In this document: positions 58,631-64,000 of the stretch, piece by piece | Layout: every line of letters starts with the position of its first letter | Numbering within the stretch: position 1 is the stretch's first letter | Assembly (NCBI GenBank): GCA_035708045.1 | Contig: DASSTF010000201.1 | Coordinates: 5,295 to 69,294 of the forward strand | Reading direction: 5' to 3' | DNA length: 64,000 nucleotides | Source: Rhodanobacteraceae bacterium | GTDB taxonomy: Bacteria > Pseudomonadota > Gammaproteobacteria > Xanthomonadales > Rhodanobacteraceae | The notes under the pieces: generated by a model | What the model was told of the DNA's origin: nothing | Databases searched by the model: none | The model's input: only the letters and a program-made list of their open reading frames with translations | Position numbers and translations under genes: made by a program

Positions 58631-59464
58631 ATGAATGCCTCGTATGTTCCACCCAAGGTCTGGGAGTGGGAGCCCAGGAACGACAACCAGTTTGCAAACG
58701 TCAATCGGCCCACCGCGGGCGCGCGTTTCGAACGCGAGCTGCCGGTCGGCAAGCATCCGCTGCAGTTGTATTCGCTGGCCACGCCGAATGGCCAGAAGGT
58801 GAGCATCCTTCTGGAAGAACTCCTGGAACGCGGCATCACCGCGGCGGAATACGATGCCTGGCTGATCGACATCGGCGAGGGCGACCAGTTCGGCAGCGGC
58901 TTCGTGGCGATCAATCCCAATTCCAAGATTCCCGCCCTGGTGGACCGCAGCGTGGAACCGGCGCTTCCGATTTTCGAATCGGGCGCAATCCTGTTGTACC
59001 TGGCCGAAAAGTTCGGTGCCTTTATACCGACACAACCGGCAGCGCGTACAACCTGCTTGTCGTGGTTGTTCTGGCAGGTGGGTTCGGCCCCTTATGCGGG
59101 TGGCGGTTTCGGCCATTTCTACGCCTATGCCAGCGAAAAATACCGCTACCCCATCGATCGTTTCACGCTGGAGGTCAAGCGTCAGCTGGATCTGCTCGAC
59201 AAGCGACTGGCCGAAAACGAGTTCGTGGCCGGTGCGGAATATTCCATCGCCGACATGGCCATCTGGCCCTGGTATGGCGGCCTGGTGACCAACCAGGTCT
59301 ATGATGCCGCCGAGTTTCTGGATGCCGGCTCGTACAAGCATTTGCTGCGTTGGCAAAAGCAGATGGCCGAGCGTCCGGCCGTTCGCCGTGGCCGGCTGGT
59401 CAACCGCAGCAAGGATGGTCTGCGCGAACGGCACGCGGCAAGCGATTTCGATGGACTGGCGTAG
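58631..59464 (+). CDS. yghU: Glutathione-dependent disulfide-bond oxidoreductase (GST nu class)
   Basis: YVPPKVW, NRPTAG, LYSLATPNGQK, NPNSKIPAL, FESGAIL and ADMAIWPWYG motifs. Confidence 0.92.
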   Translation: MNASYVPPKVWEWEPRNDNQFANVNRPTAGARFERELPVGKHPLQLYSLATPNGQKVSILLEELLERGITAAEYDAWLIDIGEGDQFGSGFVAINPNSKIPALVDRSVEPALPIFESGAILLYLAEKFGAFIPTQPAARTTCLSWLFWQVGSAPYAGGGFGHFYAYASEKYRYPIDRFTLEVKRQLDLLDKRLAENEFVAGAEYSIADMAIWPWYGGLVTNQVYDAAEFLDAGSYKHLLRWQKQMAERPAVRRGRLVNRSKDGLRERHAASDFDGLA

Positions 59465-59481
59465 GGCGGACACTGCCCGAC
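59461..59481 (+). repeat. Single GTAG-family REP overlapping the yghU stop codon
   Basis: GTAGGGCGGACACTGCCCGAC, identical to 56987-57007. Confidence 0.85.
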
Positions 59482-59559
59482 TCGCGTGATGCCATTGGAT
59501 TTGCCATACCCGCCCCAATTTATGCAGATCATGGGCTGCGGCTGGCGACGGGTGGCAAT

Positions 59560-60324
59560 GTGCTGGGCAAACTCAGGAAATGGCGTGAGCGGCGTCTGCT
59601 CGCCCGGCGTCCGATTGCTGAGGCGCACTGGCGGCATGCGCTTGCAAACTGCGCTCCCGCACGCCGGTTGAATGCATCGGACCAGGCCGCATTGCGGGTG
59701 CTGGTGACGCGCTTTCTGGATCGCAAGGCGATCGAGCCGGTCAAAGGGCTGGAGCTCGGCGAGGCGGATCGCGTCCTGCTGGCGACCCATGCGTGCATGC
59801 CCATTCTGCGTCTGGGCCTGGACTGGTATCGGAGCTGGTACAGCATCATCGTGTATCCGGACGTGTTCGTGCCGCGTCGCGAGCGGACGGATGCCGCCGG
59901 CGTGGTGCACGCGTCCGATGATGCGCTGGCCGGCGAAGCCTGGGGGCAGGGGCCGGTGATCCTGTCGTGGGCGGACGTTCTCGAAAGTGGGCGCAGGCCC
60001 GGGCACAACGTGGTCATCCACGAAATGGCGCACAAGCTGGACATGCTGCAAGGCGACGCCAACGGCTTTCCGCCGCTGCACCGGCACATGGACAGACGCG
60101 AGTGGGCGCAAGCTTTCACCGAAGCGTGGCACCGCATGCATGGCGATGATCGCGACGGCATGGCGCTGGCCATGGACGCGTACGCGCTGGAAAGCCCCGC
60201 CGAATTCTTTGCCGTGGCCAGCGAACATTTCTTCGAAGCACCCGCCGACATGCGCGAAAACCTGCCGAAGGTATATCGGCAGCTGGCACGGTTCTATCGG
60301 CAGCAGCCCGTTCCGTCGGAGTGA
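59560..60324 (+). CDS. Zinc-dependent peptidase, M90/MtfA family
   Basis: IIVYPDVF, GEAWGQGPVILSW, HNVVIHEMAHKLD and AEFFAVASEHFF motifs. GTG start. Confidence 0.88.
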   Translation: MLGKLRKWRERRLLARRPIAEAHWRHALANCAPARRLNASDQAALRVLVTRFLDRKAIEPVKGLELGEADRVLLATHACMPILRLGLDWYRSWYSIIVYPDVFVPRRERTDAAGVVHASDDALAGEAWGQGPVILSWADVLESGRRPGHNVVIHEMAHKLDMLQGDANGFPPLHRHMDRREWAQAFTEAWHRMHGDDRDGMALAMDAYALESPAEFFAVASEHFFEAPADMRENLPKVYRQLARFYRQQPVPSE

Positions 60325-60483
60325 ACAGTGTTCGCGGCAAACGTGGCTTTTGGTATAAGGTGGCGCCAAGTAACTGATTCACAAAGCTGGTTTACATGAC
60401 AAGACCAGCTTGACGCATGGCGGGGGAAGGTTCCCGGCCGGCCTGGGGAAAACCTAAAAACAAGTGCGCTGACGAAGTCCGAC

Positions 60484-61581
60484 ATGGCGGATATATCCGG
60501 ACAATATCAACCCTGGGACGAGAGCGACGAACTCGGCCGGCATGCGGTGATGGCCGAGATTCTGGCCCAGATATCCCATGAAGCCTTGCAAGGTGACACG
60601 CTGGACGCCGTGTTGCAGGGCATCGTCGACTGCATTGCGCGGCGGTTGCCGGTTTCGGTCGCCAGCATCATCTTGCTGGATGAATCGTGTACCCGTTTCG
60701 TGCGCGAGGTGTGGTCGGGTGAGGTTGCCCTGGAGTGGCCGTTCGAGGATGCCTGGCCCGTGACGAAAGGCGTGGCGGGACGCTGCGCACGCAGCGGCGT
60801 GGCCCAGCTCGTGACTTCCCCGGATTCCGATCCGGATTATGTGGTCGGCAATACGGCGGTGAGCACCGAATACCTGGTGCCGATCCGGCACCGTGAGCGG
60901 ATGCATGGGGTGTTGAATCTGGAAAGCACGCAGGGCAGCTTTTTTACACCGGTCGTCTGCGCCGTGTTCGATGCCATCGCGGCCCAGATAGCCGGTGCCA
61001 TCAACGCGGCGCGTCTGGTGGATGAATTGGAACAGGCCAACCGCAAGTTGCGCGAGCTGTCCATGGTCGACGGGTTGACAGGCATCTCCAACCGTCGTTG
61101 TTTCGACCAGCGCCTGGACGAAGAAGTGCGCCATCACGCTCGTACAGGTCAATCGCTTGCCTTGCTGCTCATGGATGTGGATCACTTCAAATTGTTGAAC
61201 GACGCAAAAGGACATCTGCACGGCGATGAATGCCTGCGTGAGTTGGCTCACCTGTGCAAGGCCGGCGTGCGATACGGTGGTGACGTGGTGGCTCGTTACG
61301 GTGGGGAAGAGTTGGCGCTGTTGTTGCTGAACTGCACACGGGCGGACGCGGAGCGGGTAGCCGAAAAACTTCGTGCCGAAGTGCAGGCGATGCGGATACC
61401 GCATCCCGATTCGCCGGTAGACAAATGCGTGACCGTCAGCATCGGCGTGACGGCCGTCCGGCCTGACGACGCGTTGGCGCCCGAAGCGGTGATCGAGGCA
61501 GCCGATACCGCCTTGTATGCGGCAAAGGCATTGGGGCGCAATCGCGTGATGGCCTGCGAGGTAAGATCTCCCGCTCCGTGA
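60484..61581 (+). CDS. GAF-domain diguanylate cyclase
   Basis: GAF domain, coiled coil, DGLTGISNRR, DVDHFKLLND, GHLHGD, RYGGEEL and TVSIGV. Confidence 0.9.
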   Translation: MADISGQYQPWDESDELGRHAVMAEILAQISHEALQGDTLDAVLQGIVDCIARRLPVSVASIILLDESCTRFVREVWSGEVALEWPFEDAWPVTKGVAGRCARSGVAQLVTSPDSDPDYVVGNTAVSTEYLVPIRHRERMHGVLNLESTQGSFFTPVVCAVFDAIAAQIAGAINAARLVDELEQANRKLRELSMVDGLTGISNRRCFDQRLDEEVRHHARTGQSLALLLMDVDHFKLLNDAKGHLHGDECLRELAHLCKAGVRYGGDVVARYGGEELALLLLNCTRADAERVAEKLRAEVQAMRIPHPDSPVDKCVTVSIGVTAVRPDDALAPEAVIEAADTALYAAKALGRNRVMACEVRSPAP

Positions 61582-61747
61582 GTCATGGGGCGCCAGGCAG
61601 CAAGCCTGTTGAACCATGAATGGCAGCGGAAAAGCCGTGGGCTTCCGGTGCTTCGTTCAGCGCAGACCATGGGCCGTGATGTAGCGTGAGGGTTGCCTCG
61701 CCATCCGCTTGCGTGGCAATCCATGGGAGCATCACGGAGCCGACGCC

Positions 61748-63508
61748 ATGACTCACCGCATCGAAGATTATGCCCTGATCGCCAACATGCGGACGGCGGC
61801 GCTGGTGGGGCGTGACGGTTCGATCGACTGGCTGTGTCTGCCGCGTTTCAACTCCACCACCTGCTGCGCCGCATTGCTTGGTTCACGCGAGAACGGTTGC
61901 TGGGTGATTGCGCCGCAAGCCGAATCGGCGTCCAGCAAACGGCATTATCGTGGCGACACCATGGTGCTCGAAACCGTGTTCACCACCGCTTCGGGCGAGG
62001 TCGCATTGATCGACGCGATGGCGATGCCGCGCCCGGACAATCCGGCGATCGACCTGGTGCGCATCGTCGAGGGCCGCAAGGGCCGCGTGCCGATGCACAT
62101 GGAAGCGCGGTTCCGCTTCGATTACGGCCGCATCGCCCCCTGGTCGCGACGCCGCGACTACGGCATCCACGCGTTCGCCGGCCCGCATGCCTTGCAATTG
62201 CGTACCCCGCTGGATCTGCACGACGGCGACCGGCATTGCAGCGCCGACTTCACGATCGGCGAAGGCGAGCGCATCCCGTTCATGCTCAGCTGGCACGATT
62301 CCTACCGCGACGAACCGCCCGCGCGCGATCCCGAACAGGCACTCGCGGAGACGGAAGAATGGTGGCGCGACTGGAGCAGCCGCTATGCGCCACCCCATGC
62401 CTATCGCGCTTCGGTGATCCGCTCGCTGCTGACACTGAAGGCGCTGACCGACGGCGAAACCGGCGGCATGGTGGCCGCGCCGACCACCTCATTGCCGGAG
62501 CGCATCGGTGGCGACAAGAATTACGATTACCGATTCACCTGGCTGCGCGACGCCACTTTCACGCTGCATGCGCTGTTGCGTTCGGGGTACGACGAGGAGG
62601 CGCGGCAGTGGCGCGAATGGCTGCTACGCGCCTCGGCCGGCGATCCCGAACATCTGCAGCCGATGTACGGCATCGACGGTGAATGGCGCTGGCCGCGGCA
62701 GACGCTCGATCATTTGTCCGGATACGAAAACAGCCGTCCCGTATCGGTCGGCAATCAAGCCTACGCACAGCGCCAGATCGATATCTACGGCGAAGTCGTC
62801 AACTCGGTGTACCGCGCGCACGAACATGGCATCGACATGGATGGCAATGCGTGGGAGGCGCAACGTCGGTTGCTGGAGTTCCTGGAAGGCCATTGGCGCG
62901 ACCAGGGCGATGGCATCTGGGAGCTGGGCGATGCGCCCGCGGAATATGTCCATTCGAAAGTGATGTGCTGGGTGGCAACCGATCGCGCCGCCCGAAGCGT
63001 CGAGCAGTGGGGCTTCGAGGGCGATGCACGGCGCTGGCGGGCGTTGGGCCGGACGATCCACGACGAGGTTTGCCGGCGCGGTTACGATGCCGAACGCAAC
63101 ACGTTTTTGCAGCGTTACGATGCACCCGCGCTGGATGCGGCCTTGCTGCGCCTGCCGATCGTCGGTTTTCTGCCGCCCGACGATCCGCGCATCATCGGCA
63201 CCGTCGACGCCATCCGTAAAGAACTGTGCCACGACGGCTTTGTCTGGCGTTATTCGGACGACAAGGGGCAGCGCACCAACGAAGGCGCGTTTCTGGTGTG
63301 CTGCTTCTGGCTGGCTGATGTGCTGATTCTGCTTGGACGCAAGGACGAGGCGCGCGAACATTTCGAGCGGCTGTTGTCGGTATGCAACGACGTGGGGCTG
63401 CTGTCGGAGCAATACGATCCCACGGCCGGACGTTTGCTGGGAAATTTTCCCCAGGCGTTTTCGCACGTCGGCCTGATCAATACCGCGCACCATCTTGCCA
63501 GCGAATGA
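61748..63508 (+). CDS. Glycoside hydrolase family 15 (trehalase/glucoamylase-like)
   Basis: IEDYALI, AAPTTSLPE, NYDYRFTWLRD, GIWE, LLSEQ and GNFPQAFSH motifs. Confidence 0.92.
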   Translation: MTHRIEDYALIANMRTAALVGRDGSIDWLCLPRFNSTTCCAALLGSRENGCWVIAPQAESASSKRHYRGDTMVLETVFTTASGEVALIDAMAMPRPDNPAIDLVRIVEGRKGRVPMHMEARFRFDYGRIAPWSRRRDYGIHAFAGPHALQLRTPLDLHDGDRHCSADFTIGEGERIPFMLSWHDSYRDEPPARDPEQALAETEEWWRDWSSRYAPPHAYRASVIRSLLTLKALTDGETGGMVAAPTTSLPERIGGDKNYDYRFTWLRDATFTLHALLRSGYDEEARQWREWLLRASAGDPEHLQPMYGIDGEWRWPRQTLDHLSGYENSRPVSVGNQAYAQRQIDIYGEVVNSVYRAHEHGIDMDGNAWEAQRRLLEFLEGHWRDQGDGIWELGDAPAEYVHSKVMCWVATDRAARSVEQWGFEGDARRWRALGRTIHDEVCRRGYDAERNTFLQRYDAPALDAALLRLPIVGFLPPDDPRIIGTVDAIRKELCHDGFVWRYSDDKGQRTNEGAFLVCCFWLADVLILLGRKDEAREHFERLLSVCNDVGLLSEQYDPTAGRLLGNFPQAFSHVGLINTAHHLASE

Positions 63509-63532
63509 TCCGACGTAGGGTGGACCTTGGCT

Positions 63533-63741
63533 TGATGGCACTTACTTAAGCGTCCAATCGTCCCCAAACCGTTCGTGCTGAGCGAAGCCCGCGTAGCGGG
63601 CGCACGCGGGGAGAGGCCATGGATGGACTCGGCTTTGAGGAGCGAGGAAGTCGAAGCGCATCCAGCAAGTTACCGGCATGTCCTTCGACTCCGGCCTACG
63701 GCCTACGCTCAGGACGAACGGGTGTTAAGTAAGTGCCATTA
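63533..63741. mobile_element. Second MITE-like element (209 bp) with the same IS4-like ends, carrying a CCGTTC-family REP doublet
   Basis: 17-bp TIR TGATGGCACTTACTTAA (63533-63549) and TTAAGTAAGTGCCATTA (63725-63741), one mismatch. Preceded by the GTAG-REP fragment GTAGGGTGGAC. Confidence 0.78.
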
Positions 63742-63742
63742 G

Positions 63743-64000
63743 GGACGCTCTGATTTATCCGCCTACTCAGGCATCATGGCCCCATCACCCAGCAGGTCGC
63801 ACTGATGAAGCAAACCACCTTCGCCTCCATGAGCTTCGATGCCAAAAAGCGGCGCACGCGTAAGGAAATCTTCCTGTCGGAAATGGAGCAAGTGGTGCCA
63901 TGGGAGGCTCTGCTGGCGTTGTTGGAACCGCACTATCCGAAGGCCGGGCGGCGTGGCCGCCCGCCGATGCCGGCAGCGACGATGCTGCGCATCCATTTCA
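63743..64000 (+). mobile_element. IS5-family insertion sequence, left end (runs off the window)
   Basis: End sequence GGACGCTCTGATTTAT preceded by TTAG, which fits the YTAR target typical of the IS5 subgroup. The transposase follows. Confidence 0.85.
63805..64000 (+). CDS. IS5-family transposase, N-terminus (partial)
   Basis: My translation: [65 protein letters not shown]. Absent from the ORF track because no stop is reached. Confidence 0.9.
   Translation, partial: MKQTTFASMSFDAKKRRTRKEIFLSEMEQVVPWEALLALLEPHYPKAGRRGRPPMPAATMLRIHF

Noticed and set aside
1-64000. tRNA, rRNA or riboswitch genes
   Set aside because: I recognised none in the intergenic regions. A covariance-model scan would be needed to exclude small RNAs, for example at 60325-60483.

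Overview
GC-rich gammaproteobacterial DNA, probably Xanthomonadales/Rhodanobacteraceae-like (inferred from gene content and repeat types). About 47.5 kb (9333-56901) is one exopolysaccharide locus of the exosortase A / PEP-CTERM type. It holds nucleotide-sugar genes, a priming transferase, Wza/Wzc/Wzb-like export, an OM beta-barrel, an ATPase, a deacetylase, a FemAB-like protein, XrtA-EpsI, five GT4 glycosyltransferases, an AsnB-like amidotransferase, an O-antigen ligase/polymerase-like protein and PrsK/PrsR/PrsT. Its variable middle is unusual: a sulfotransferase, an ATP-grasp plus alpha/alpha-toroid pair, an inverted cassette (Wzx, two tandem pairs of Cys-less asparagine-synthetase-like protein plus RimK-like ATP-grasp, and a methyltransferase), a short-type phosphatidylserine decarboxylase with a coupled 67-aa membrane protein, and a large secreted lyase-like protein. 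I found no PEP-CTERM substrate in the window. The flanks carry housekeeping and accessory genes, two REP families, two ~200-bp MITE-like elements with the same IS4-like ends but different REP cargo, and the left end of an IS5. All family assignments come from motif recognition by eye; no database search was run. Where I chose a downstream start codon, coordinates differ from the ORF track.
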